From Podarcis melisellensis (lineage: Eukaryota): DNA of 64,000 nucleotides. Location of the stretch: the NCBI GenBank assembly GCA_964234715.1, contig OZ174288.1. One strand, given 5' to 3'. Positions within the stretch are counted from its first letter, which is position 1. Each line of letters begins with the position of its first letter. Below, one piece after another: positions 13,014 to 24,315 of this stretch. Below the pieces are notes generated by a model. It had not been told where the DNA came from, searched no databases, and saw nothing but the letters and a program-made list of their open reading frames with translations. A program made the position numbers and the translations under genes.

Positions 13014-13462
13014 TTATTATCCCTGATCCAGAGGAGCCTGTAGCGGTTGGGAGACTAGATTCAGGGGCAGGAGAAGTTGCAGGATGGGAGACAGAAAAAC
13101 AGGTGCAGGTGGAGGGAGAGAGATCAGGTTTGTGCAGAGTCAAGGGCTTCTACACCCCCTTCTCCTGCCCCCCCTCCTGCTCCACTGTCTCCCAGGACCA
13201 GGAGAGGATTGAAGAGGGAGAAGCAGAAGCAGGTACACGCAGGCACTGTCTCTGCCCGCTTGCTCACAGCTTGGCTGGGAGGAAATACATAAGCCAGGGA
13301 CGGGCCTCTCCGTTTCAGTTTCTGTCTCATCAGGTGCACACCTAGGAGTAATGAGAGACATAGGACTGATGGACATGCCTTTCCCTAACTTGTATGTGTA
13401 CCTTTGACGATAAAGAGTTAATTCTTCACCCAGGACATTCCTGGCCTAACAGCACCATGACA
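12472..13462 (+). mobile_element. Solo LTR (probably Gypsy) interrupted by L2
   Basis: TGTCA...TGACA ends; TSD only partial (TAAGA/TAAAC); reading frame rejoins when the L2 is removed. Confidence 0.65.
12571..13018 (+). mobile_element. L2 LINE 3' fragment with (AAT)n tail
   Basis: Same family as 7145; flanked by ATCCC duplication (12566-12570, 13019-13023). Confidence 0.8.
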
Positions 13463-13520
13463 TAAACTCACAGTAACCTGCTCTGGTCAAGGTTCCAGGG
13501 GCAAGCTGTGACCTCTAGGG

Positions 13521-13701
13521 CAGGAGTCAGAAGCCTTTTTTCAGCCGTGGGCCGGTCCCTCAGACCATGTGGTGGGGCGGACTATATTTTTTTTGGGGGG
13601 GGTGAAAATGGGCCAGACTATATTTTGGAAAAAAATATGAATGAATCCCTATGCCCCACAAATAACCCAGAGATGCATTTTAAATAAAAGCACACATTCT
13701 A
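13521..13701. mobile_element. Left half of hAT MITE (same family as 25623-25880)
   Basis: Shared GTCCCTCAGACC..CCCACAAATAACCCAGAGATGCATTTTAAATAAA. Confidence 0.75.
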
Positions 13702-13927
13702 CAGTGGTACCTCAGGTTACATATGCTTCAGGTTTCAGACTCCGCTAACCCAGAAATAGTACCTCGGGTTAGGAACTTTGCTTCAGGATGAGAAGAGAAA
13801 TCGTGCTCCGGTGGTGCGGTGGCAGCGGGAGGCCCCATTAGCTAAAGTGGTGCTTCAGGTTAGGAACAGTTTCAGGTTAAGAATGGACCTCTGGAACGAA
13901 TTAAGTACGTAACCAGAGGTACCACTG
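13702..13927. mobile_element. Tc1/mariner MITE, CAGTGGTACCTC family
   Basis: TIRs CAGTGGTACCTC, TA flanks; inverse of copy at 26855. Confidence 0.9.
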
Positions 13928-14303
13928 TACTGACTTGCACCCTCCCTTTGCCTAGCTAGAATGTGTCTTTGCACTCTGATGACCCTTATTGCTTGCTTGC
14001 CTAGGTGGAGGAGTGCATGAATGTGTGTGGAATCTATAATAATAATAATAATAATAATTTATTATTTATACCCCGCCCATCTGGCTGGGCCTCCCCAGCC
14101 ACTCTGGGCGGCTTCCATAAAAACAAAACAAAACAAAAAATCTATCTATCTATCCTACTGCCCCCCCTTATTTTGCTTCTTGCCCTGCTTATCAGTGATA
14201 TACACCCTCCAGAATATTGTCCAGAAGGGAATATGGCTCTGGGTCTGAGAAAGACCACCCATTCAGTGGGTTTTGGAGAATAGGGACCCTCTGGCTGCAA
14301 TTC

Positions 14304-14898
14304 TGAATTACTGGGCACAGAAGAATGGTGGGAGGCGCCATTTGGGAAACCCCCAAGGGAAGAAGGCTCAGAGCCAGGGGATTGGTGGTGGAATGACTAT
14401 GAGTGGTCAGAGGGAGAAAACTGAGAAGACGAGGTGTCAGAAGCTGAAGGGCTAACAGGCCTTAGTGAACAGGGAGAGTCTGTGGCAGAGGGAAGTTCAG
14501 AATCAGAGGCAGAAGCTGAAGCAGGAGAGGAGCGAGACCAAGAGGCAGAGATGAGTCAGGCTGGCGAAGAGTCATGGGAGTCTCCCCCTTCTGCTGCAAC
14601 AATCTCTCCTCCTCCCTTTTCTCCCAGAACCAGAAGAGGTGTGAAGAGTGAGGAGCAGAGACAGGTTTGTCAGGAGTCTCAGATTGTTTGAGAAGGACCT
14701 GGTAAGGAGGAGATTTAGTCAGCTGTGGGAAGGTGGGGATCTTCAGTCTCCACAACTGCCTCCTAGGGCCAAGACCTACCAAGAAGAGTTGCCATACTCA
14801 TTAGGTCTGGCACTCCTGAGCAGGTCTTCCTTGCTTCTTCTAATAAAGCGTTAACTTCACTTCCTTCTTGTGATTTATTGCTGGCTGGCACCCTGACG
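14304..14898 (+). mobile_element. Solo LTR (probably Gypsy), same family as 30374
   Basis: Colinear similarity with 30374-30951; AATAAA at 14842-14847; ends CTGACG. Confidence 0.7.
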
Positions 14899-14901
14899 TA
14901 A

Positions 14902-15174
<273 letters not shown>

Positions 15175-15736
15175 TAGAAGGAAGCACTGGAAGCAAAATT
15201 CAGCATCCAGAGGTTCTCAGCTTCTATGCATTAAAAAGCAAGTTTCTAGTCCTTGTCGTTCTTCAACTTTCTTCCACCAACAAATCCAGGAGAGAAGATA
15301 ATCTGAATACACAAAACAAAGCCAAACTCATTTCCCCCTCAGCCATGCAAGAAAGACGAACAAAAGACTTAAGCTCCCAGCCCTGCAGAGACAAAACCAT
15401 TAAACATGTAGCTGGTGTCGGGTGAAATCTTCAAAGCCTAACATTTCTTGGTGTCAGGTGGAATGGCAGGAAGTAGAACTCCAGTGCCTTGGGCTGCTTT
15501 TTATTCTTCCAAGTGACTTTAATAGAAAGAGACAAAAACTATACTAATCAACCAAATTTGCAGTTTTTCTTGAAAAGCAGGATTTGCTTTACCTTGGTGC
15601 AGAATTTTGATTATTTTTGAATGCAGGTTACATGGGCTCCTGGTTCTAAGTATGGCAAATGTGGGTGTGCTGTCCTTCATTTTCTCACCCATCCATCTAT
15701 GTCCTAACTCATACGTACCATTCAGAGCTCCTTTCT

Positions 15737-16088
15737 TGGGGAAGGGCCACAGCTTAGTGGTAGAGCATCCTTTTTGCATGGCAGAAGGTCCCAGGTCCAG
15801 TCCCAGGGTTGACTTTGCATCCGTCTGTCTCAGGTGGTGATGGAGGAGTGTGCCTTTGGGACTGAAGTCAAACTGGTGGAAGCTCACAGCGCCTGCTGTG
15901 GCTGTAGAGACTGACATGGGAGAGCCATGTTTTCCTGCAGCTGGGGCAGATGAAGGTGTCTGGTTGTGCTGCTGCAGACAAAAGAGCCTCCATTTGAAAC
16001 CCTGAGGAGCTGCTGCCAGTCAGTGTAGGCAAGACGGAATGAGATGGGTCAATGCTCCGACTCCATATAAGGCAGCTTCCTGTGTTCT
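15737..16088 (+). mobile_element. Squam2-like SINE split by an antisense RTE-like 3' fragment (~15808-15985)
   Basis: tRNA-like head and tail as at 4066-4905; insert translates on minus as FICPSCRKTWLSHVSLYSHSRRC (C2H2-like LINE C-terminus). Confidence 0.6.
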
Positions 16089-16405
16089 TAATGTGTGTGC
16101 AACAACAGCACATTATCTTACCTAGTACTTCTTCATGCAGCGCAGGAGGCAGTGGTGGCTGCCACTGAGCAACAGCCCTTCCTACGCATTCTCTGCATGG
16201 TTAGAAGTTCCAGAGGAAGTGCTAGGTAGATTTGGCTTAGGTAGGTCTCATACTGTCTCTGTGGAATGTTTGTGTGTGGCATTGGGGACAAGGTGCATGG
16301 ATGTGTGGGCTGCACACTTTCACAGGAGCAGGTGAGCTTTGAGTATGTTCTGCATAGGTAGCCGTGCCTTAAGGTTCATAAATAGCAACACCCTAGAGAT
16401 CCCTG

Positions 16406-16837
16406 CCAGTAGTGATGTATGGAAGTGAGAGCTGGACCATAAAGAAGGCTCATCGCCGAAGAATTGATGCTTTTGAATTATGGTGCTGGAGGAGACTTTT
16501 GAGAGTCTCATGGACTGCAAGAAGATCAAACCTATCCATTCTGAAGGAAACCAGCCCTGAGTGCTCACTGGAAGGACAGATCCTGAAGCTGAGGCTCCAA
16601 TACTTTGGCCACCTCATGAGAAGAGAAGACTCCCTGGGAAAGACCCTGATGTTGGGAAAGATGGAGGGCACAAGGAGAAGGGGACAACAGAGGACAAGAT
16701 GGTTGGACAGTGTTCTCGAAGCTACCAGCATGAGTTTGACTAAACTGCGGGAGGCTGTGGAAGACAGAAGTGCCTGGCGTGCTCTGGTCCATGGGGTCAC
16801 GAAGAGTTGGACACGACTAAACGACTAAACAACAACA
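16406..16837 (+). mobile_element. BovB (RTE) LINE 3' fragment
   Basis: MYGSESWTIKK...FELWCWRRLL...LQYFGHLMRR...RRRG..RWLD; (CAA)n tail; near-TSD AGAG(A/G)TCCC. Confidence 0.92.
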
Positions 16838-17218
16838 GAGGTCCCGGGCCTTAAGGAAATTAGATTAGCCTCAACCAGAGCCAGGGCCTTTTCAACACTG
16901 GCTCTGGGCTGGTGGAACGGTCTGTCTCATGAGACCAGGGCCCTGCGGGATCTGATTTCTTTCCGCAGGGCCTGTAAGACAGAGTTGTTCCGCCTGGCCT
17001 TTCATTCCCTCCCCCTCTTTCCTTTTTTTCCTTTCTCCTCCTGTGAAGAGGCTGCATCTTAATGTTGTATTTAAATCTAAAGTACAACTTAAAAAACAAG
17101 ATTTAAATACAACATTAAGATCAACTTGTTTTTATTAATGGTTGTTAGCTGCCCTGAGCCCGGTCTTGGCTGGAGAGGGTGGGGTATAAATAAAATTTTT
17201 TTATTATTATTATTATTT
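16838..17218 (+). mobile_element. L2-like 3' fragment hosting the BovB
   Basis: AGGGCCTTTTC..TGGAAC..GCCCTGAGCCC..GGGGTATAAAT and (TTA)n tail. Confidence 0.55.
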
Positions 17219-18169
17219 GCTGAAGCAACACAGGTGAATTCAGAAGAGCGCCATCGAAATTGTGCAGGCAGCACTATTCCAACCCAATGCTGTATCCAAA
17301 GTGGGGGAGGGGAGGGGAGTTGTGTGTGTTTTAAATTCAGCTTCCACAAATCTCTCCAGCGATGCCACTTGAGAACCACAGGGCTGCTGCTGTTCCATGA
17401 TGTGGGCATCCATGAACAATGCAAGAATACAAAAGGACTTGAGGTGGGGGAGGCCTGTAGCTGCCTGGATTTCAAAAGCAGAGCCAAAAGGCACATGACC
17501 AGGACAGAATCAGAAGGACACACAAAGGCTGCTGTTAATCACTGGAAAATGCTAATAATTGCAAGCTTAAAATGCGATTAAGTGATACAGTTGTGGATAG
17601 CTTCATTCCCCACCCCAAATGGCACAGAGAGAGAGAGAGATCTTGAGGCTGGGTGCAGCTGACTTGGCTATCCCTCATAAATCTTACCCTCTCCCTTTTC
17701 TATGTGCCCAAATTCTTTGTGCAACTCCGAACAGCTTTCTAAAACAAAGCACACACTTTTTCGGGAACATTGCTCAGGAACAAAATGAAAACGCTTTCTT
17801 TCTCCTGCCCACCGCTGCATTTGTTTTGCAGCAGATAAGAAATGAGAAAATGCTTCCCCGAGTTTGTCCTTAATGTAATGGAGGGAGAATAACATAACAA
17901 AAGAACTTAAGGGCAGCTACAGTGGATCAGACCTAAGCGGTGCTATTTTTCTAGAAAAAGAGGTGCCAGGAACTCACCGTGAACACCTTCCTTGTTCTCT
18001 TACCATGGCAATGGAGCCCACCTGAGAGGTGCCAGAACTGAGTCCCAGTGAGTTCCTGCTGAAAAGAAACCCTAGATAGAAGGGCCACCAGCCTTCCCCA
18101 GCCTGGTGCCCCCATTCAGCATGGCCAGCGATCAGGGATGAAGGGAGTTGTAGTCCAGTATGCCAATAT

Positions 18170-18525
18170 GGGACGTGGGTGGCACTGTGGGTTAAACCAC
18201 AGAGCCTAGGACTTGCCGATCAGAAGGTCGGCTGTTCAAATCCCTGCAACGGGGTGAGCTCCCATTGCTCAGTCCCTGTTCCTGCCAACTTAGCAGTTCA
18301 AAAGCATATCAAAGTGCAAGTAGATAAATAGGTACTGCTCCAGCGGGAAGGTAAACGGCGTTTCCGTGTGCTGCTCTGGTTCGCCAGAAGCGGCTTAGTC
18401 ATGCTGGCCACATGCCAGTTGTCTGCAGACAAACGCCAGCTCCTCGACCTATAGAGCCAGTTGAGCACTGCAACCCCAGAGTCGTCCGTGACTGGACCTA
18501 ATGGTCAGGGGTACCTTTACCTTTA
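18170..18525 (+). mobile_element. Sauria SINE
   Basis: Same head/tail as 8785; TSD TATGCCAAT(A/G)T. Confidence 0.92.
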
Positions 18526-18785
18526 TGCCAATGTGGTATATTGGTGAAAGTCTTAAACTAGGATCTGGGAGAATGGGGTTCAGATCTTGACTCAATGACC
18601 TCTTCTTCCACTCCTCCCCTCCCTGAAACTGGTCTTGAAAGAAGAATAGGGTGGCATGTGCTCATGGTTACAATGTAGGTATTGTCCCAACCCACCCGCA
18701 CCATCCAAAATGTTGGCGATCTCTGGTTTGGGCTTCTAGGAGGCCCCTCATTGCAGTTCTTAATTTTCTTCTGCTTTCTTCACAG

Positions 18786-20392
18786 GGAAGAAGAACTCCA
18801 TCCTGCTCCACAAAGTCCAGCACGATCTCAACTCGGGCGTCTTCAACTACCAGGAGAACGAGATCATCCAGCAAATTGTGCAGCACGACCGAGAGATGGC
18901 CCACTGTGCGCATAACGTCCAGGCTGCTGCCGCTGCTGCATCGACCCCCACGCCGGTTATCTGGACGCCACTGATCCAGGCCCCTTTGCAAGCCGCAGCA
19001 GCCACCACATCCGTAGCAATAGCTCTCACCCACCACCCTCGCCTCCCGACGGCCATTTTCCGCCCGCCCGTCTCTGTTCTGGGTTCTCTGGGGCAGGCCC
19101 CGAACCAGACTCCGAGGCAGCTGAGGAGACTTCACTCCTTGGTGTCTTCGGCTGGGCCTTCCATCGTGGGCTCCCCTTCAAGCACGCAATCTCAGCAGCA
19201 CACCCCGGGGGCAGACACCCTCTCGTCGTCCTCCTTCCAGATCCAGCAGCTGGCTGGCTTCACGGCCTCGGCCGGCTTGGGCCAGTTCCACCGGGCTTCG
19301 GCCAGCTCTCCGTCGGCTGCCTCGACTCAGCAGCAACCCTTGGGGAGCCCCTCCTCGGCAGGCCTGGGCCTGTTGCACCAGGGGCCTTCGGATTCCCCGG
19401 AAGGGGTGGCTCAGCAGCAGGCTCCCGACAGCAATCTCCTGAGCGGCTTTGGCCCCTTCCAGAAGGCCCCTGCTAGTTCGCCATCCACCGCCTTCCCCCA
19501 GCTATCCTCCAATTCCCCCAGCAGCCCCCTTGGCCACACGCAAGCCGCTTGCAGCAACAAGCCCACCCAGCCAGGCCAGGCGCAGCAGCTCTCAGGAACT
19601 GGAGCCCTGGGAGCGACGAACCACTTTCCGTTGCCTCCCTCCTCAAGCCCACCACCCTCCAGCTTAAGCCAGCTGGCACAGGCCTCCGGAGGCTCCCCGT
19701 CGGCCTCGTGCCAAACCCAGCCAAGTGCATTAGGACCTTCCGCTTCTCCTGCTGCGACCGTAGCTCAGTTGCACCACGAAAGGTCACCCTTTGCCTCTAT
19801 GTCTCCTTTGAAACAGCCCGCCGGTGCCCCTCCTCCGCTGTTCCCACCCTCAGGCCTTAGCCCTCCTAGTCAATGTGCTGCAGCCAGGACTTTGCAGTGT
19901 GCCCCTTCCGGGGCAAGGGGCTCCCACGGATCTCTGCTGATGCCTCAGACCTCCAGTCCACCTCTACAGGTCCTTCAGCCCAGGAGTACGCCGCCGCCAC
20001 CGCTTCCACCGGGACGGTTAAGCCAGGACCTCAAGTTCATCTCTGCTTCCCATCCATCTCTGCCCCATGAAACAGCTCAGACTTTAAGCCGAGGCTCTTC
20101 TCCCCACTCCTCTAGGGAATCTGTTTCTAGTTTCTCATCTTTCTCTGGAGGAGGGGGAGCAGGAGGAGGGACCAGGCCTCTAGGGAAGCCATACAGCTCT
20201 GTACCAGGGCGAGTGACTCTACCACGCCAGATGTCCTCAGGTTCACTGCCTCCGCCACCTGCATTTGAGGCCAGTTGCGCCATCCCCCCACCTCTGACTG
20301 CTGTCGTGACTGCTGTCGAAGGGAGGAAAGGGTCTATAGGGCTCACTGGGGAACGAGAGCCCATCCGATCGAAACTGCCCTCCAATTTGTGA
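18786..20392 (+). CDS. HCN4: HCN4 terminal coding exon 8 (post-CNBD, distal C-terminus, SNL motif)
   Basis: cag|GG AAG AAG AAC...; [17 protein letters not shown]...[11 protein letters not shown]...[33 protein letters not shown]...[14 protein letters not shown]; diagnostic of HCN4 rather than HCN1-3. Confidence 0.97.
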
Positions 20393-21113
20393 GATGCTCT
20401 CCTCCTCTCCCCCTCACCTACATTTCCTGGCCGCCATCCCTCTTGGCCACAGTTTGGAGGAGCCGGTTTTATTTCATTTGTGCTTTTTAGATCCCAATAG
20501 ACTTTTACATGACTCCCATTTTCTTCCTTTGTTTTCTTCAAGCTAACTATGATTAGAGGTTTAAAAAAATAATGAGAACAACAGCAGCAAAAAAGATAAC
20601 CAGGTATTCTTAGAGCTATAGATTTTGAGTCACTTTCTTTTATAGAGTATTTTACTACACGGAGCAAAAGATTAGGGGGTGGGGGAAGGAATGTAATCAA
20701 TATGTGATAATAATAAGAACAACTCAGAGAGTAGATGTGCAGCTGATGTAAAGGATAAAGATAAGAAAATTGGTTCCCTTTGGAGAAACAGATCTCTCAT
20801 TGATGTAAATCGGTGCCAGGAATCCCGGGGTCACCTCTTGAGTTGATAAGATCTGGAATCCCGTGTCCACATGCCAAATTTCCAATTACATCTGAAGAGG
20901 TTACACGTGGGATCTCAGAAAGATATACAAGAAGAAACGAGAATTCACTCCCCTTGAGGGGGAATGAAATACGTTGAACCACAACTTTCACAAATTGCCA
21001 GAATTGAAATGGTTCATACCTCTAGACCCTCTTTCCACTAAATTTGTGGAGGGGTTTCTTAAACCTATTCCACCCCTGTCTGCTGTTGTTTTTCTGCTGA
21101 AAACACACTCACT

Positions 21114-21116
<3 letters not shown>

Positions 21117-21161
<45 letters not shown>
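21117..21161. repeat. (CT)n(CA)n compound microsatellite
   Basis: Direct observation. Confidence 0.95.
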
Positions 21162-21171
21162 TCCACCTCTC

Positions 21172-21599
21172 TAGGGATGGAGGGGAAATTTGATTCAGTT
21201 TGCATTTAAAGGCAAAGCTATCAAATTCACATTTTCTGAAATAGTATGCTAACCAAAACAGCTATTATTCAAAATTCACATTTACCTGAATTTTGCAATG
21301 CAGTTCTCTAACTAACTGAATAACAATTGTAATTGTAAATTAGTCAAAATTGTGCATTTAAATGAATATTTTTGTGAAAACAGCATAAAAAATGCATTAT
21401 GTTAGAGAAGGTTGCTTGCAGAAATGTGCATTAGTCAAAACAGCAGGCAAAAATGCATCTATTGGGGGAAATGCTGGCGAATTTTCATGAGGACTTAAAA
21501 ACAAATCACAAATTGCTGCAAAATGGAGAACTGAACTTAAGATTGGGAAAAGAAGAGAAGGTGACAGAACCGAAATTGACAGATTCCCTTCCATCCCTA
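21172..21599. mobile_element. hAT-like MITE in HCN4 3'UTR
   Basis: TIRs TAGGGATGG / CCATCCCTA; related fragments at ~2277 and ~11350-11562. Confidence 0.7.
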
Positions 21600-21955
21600 T
21601 AACACCTCGCCCTCTGCACTGAACCCTACTGGGGGGAAACTACAAGTGCTTGTATTCTTTCCCCTACACAGCTTTCAATGGAATAGTGAATGGCACATAG
21701 AGAAGGGGCTGCGAAAGGGAATAACCCCTCACCCTCCAGATGCTATTGAACTACAGCTCACAGGATCCCTGACCATTGTCCGTGCTGCTGGAGGATGATG
21801 GGAATTGGAGTCCAACAGTATCTGGAAGGGTCACAGGTCCTCCCTTGTCCGACCTAACCTGTGCTCATCCTTCACTTCGGATTCCAGCCTCAGGACCACG
21901 ACATTGTGTTTGGGTTTTAAACACTCACCCCAGAAAACAGCAAGCAAACTTCAAA

Positions 21956-21974
21956 TAGTTCCACCTAGTGGTCA
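21956..21974 (-). promoter_or_regulatory. Candidate CTCF site
   Basis: GACCACTAGGTGGAACTA; motif only. Confidence 0.4.
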
Positions 21975-23659
21975 ACTCGCCACTAAGACTTTGAAGGGGA
22001 GGGGGGAGGAGCAAGCAAATTCAGAAATCAACACTGGGACATGGCAAAACTTGGGATTCAGAGGTCTGCAAAACATTTGATGTCAGTACTCAGTTTCTGC
22101 TGCGTTTTGTGGAAGGGCATTAGCAAGACTTTGTTCCTAATGCATTTGTTGCTTTCAGAAGCTTTGTGGGTTTTTTCTAAGCTCCTTCGAGGCCAAACAT
22201 GATACTTTCAATGTTCTTCCGTTGTATCCATGATTGCATGGTTGGCCAGTGGGGCTCTTTGGGCCTGTTATGCCCTGCTGAAATTTTAGCAGCAACAGAC
22301 AAGCTCGGCAAAAGAGTGCAAAATGATGAGAGCGTTTGCTTGCCCACTGAACAAGGGACCTCCCATTTTACCGTTCATTTCGAATGTGATGTGCCAACTA
22401 CAGAGGTACGTCCAACCTTCTTGCATCAGACTGGCTGGCACATCCATGGGCATTGCAGTGCTCTTAGCAGGGCAACAGGGCTGTGATGAGCTGCCTGCTG
22501 TTGTGTGGAAGCCATGGGCTTGCGGGGGGCAGGGGGAGCATCTAGTAAGAAAATGTATTTGACAGTCCCATCACACTCCGTCCATCACACCACCAAGGAA
22601 TCACAGCTGGTGTCACACACAGAGTTTGAGGGTGTCCTCCCATCAATACCTATTTTTATGACGACGCGCTCAGCAATTGCACCAGCCCTGCCATATATGT
22701 GTTTCTGCCCCTGTTTTGAAAGGGTTGCAGAAACCAGACTTTACTGTGTACAATGATAATGAGCAATAAAACTCCTGCAAGGCTGGGAGGGTCCTGTGTG
22801 CTCCTTTAGGTAGATTTTTGAGCACCCCTGATCAACAGAGGTCTCCATGGCCCAAGACAAGTCCTTAATGGATAAACCAAGCTGGTGGGCAGATATCCCA
22901 TGCTGCAACCTCATCGCTCCTGTACCAATCCATTTCATCTTTCCATCTTCCCTACCCTCCTTCCAACATGTTTCTGTGCGTACCTGGAGGGGGGAAATGG
23001 CCTCTCCATCTCTTGCACCTTGTTCTCCACCGAGTCGTCCTGCTCCTCTTTGTTACCCAGGTTTTCCAAGATTCTTTCTGCTGTTCCACGGATCCAGAGC
23101 AAAGAGTTAGGAGACAGCCAGGCTATCGGTAGCGGTGCCAAAACTCACCAGAACAATAGTATTGTGGAATCTTCCTGCTCCCCTGGGCTTTCCCCAGTTC
23201 GCTTGATTTTATACCAAAATTTTGTTTTTGCAAAAAAAAGGAAACCACAAAAAAACCTCTTGATATGTGCCTGTTATCTCTGAATGTTTGCCCCCCAAAT
23301 ATAGCCAGCTGCTCCTGCTTTTAAGCGCTTTGCTGGGTTGGAACTAGGGTGTAATTCAAGCTTCGGTCTTCCTTACAGATTCAAGGGAACTCGTGGGGGG
23401 GAGGGGAGGGGGATATTTTCTACTAAAACAGATAATACAGTTATATAGATGTGTGTGTGTACAAATGTGTGTATGCTGCAAACACATATGCATCCATATG
23501 CATACAAACCTGCGCATACATATATATATATATATTCTAGTTTTAAAATATATGCCAATACTGACCTTCCTTGAAGGGGCCATAGGCAGCTAAAGTTAGT
23601 TGTTGCGATTAAGTGCAGGTTAAAAGCAATGCAGCAAATTCAACATGTCTAAACTTAGG

Positions 23660-23825
23660 CCTGTGGAGTGTAGCAGGTTGGAGCGTCAGGAGTCAGACCA
23701 GGGAGACTTGGGTTCCAATCCCCCCCCCCCCCTTAGCATCAAAGCTCACTGGGTAATTTTAGGCCAGCCAATCTGTTTCCGTCTAACCTACCTCACAGGG
23801 TTGTTGTGAGGACAAAAGGAGGGAG
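23660..23825 (+). mobile_element. Old CORE-SINE (MIR/Squam3-like)
   Basis: Degenerate tRNA head plus CTACCTCACAGGGTTGTTGTGAGGA core. Confidence 0.65.
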
Positions 23826-23984
23826 GCACGCCTGCTTCCCCGAGACATCTGGAGCTAAGCAAGGTGCGTGTAAAAAGGCAACAATACAATTGGCCCCATT
23901 GCTTCCATGGCACACACCATCCTTTTCAAAATGCTTAAGCAGGAGTACGCCATGTGGTGCCCTGCAGATGTTGTTGTACTCCAA

Positions 23985-24315
23985 GTGTGGTGTAGTGGTT
24001 AAGAGCGATAGATTCGTAATCTGGTGAACTGGGTTCGATTCCCCGCTCCTCCACGTGCAGCTGCTGGGTGACCTTGGGCTAGTCACACTTCTCTGAAGTC
24101 TCTCAGCCCCACTCACCTCACAGAGTGTTTGTTGTGGGGGAGGAAGGGAAAGGAGAATGTTAGCCGCTTTGAGACTCCTGAAGGGGAGTGATAAAGCAGG
24201 ATATCAAATCCAAACTACTACTACTACTACTACTCTTCTTCTTCTTCTTCTTCTTCTTCTTCTTCTTCTTCTTCTTCTTCTTCTTCTTCTTCTTCTTCTT
24301 CTTCTTCTTCTTCTT
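23985..24315 (+). mobile_element. Squam3-like CORE SINE with (CTA)n(CTT)n tail
   Basis: A/B boxes GGTGTAGTGGTT / GGTTCGATTCC; TSD TCCAAGT. Confidence 0.85.

Noticed and set aside
16412-16828. Host gene from BovB ORFs (also 26966-27427)
   Set aside because: 5'-truncated retrotransposon fragments lacking the RT core
23985-24060. tRNA gene (also SINE heads at 8785, 15737, 18170, 28235)
   Set aside because: A/B boxes continue into SINE bodies with tails and TSDs; no complete cloverleaf
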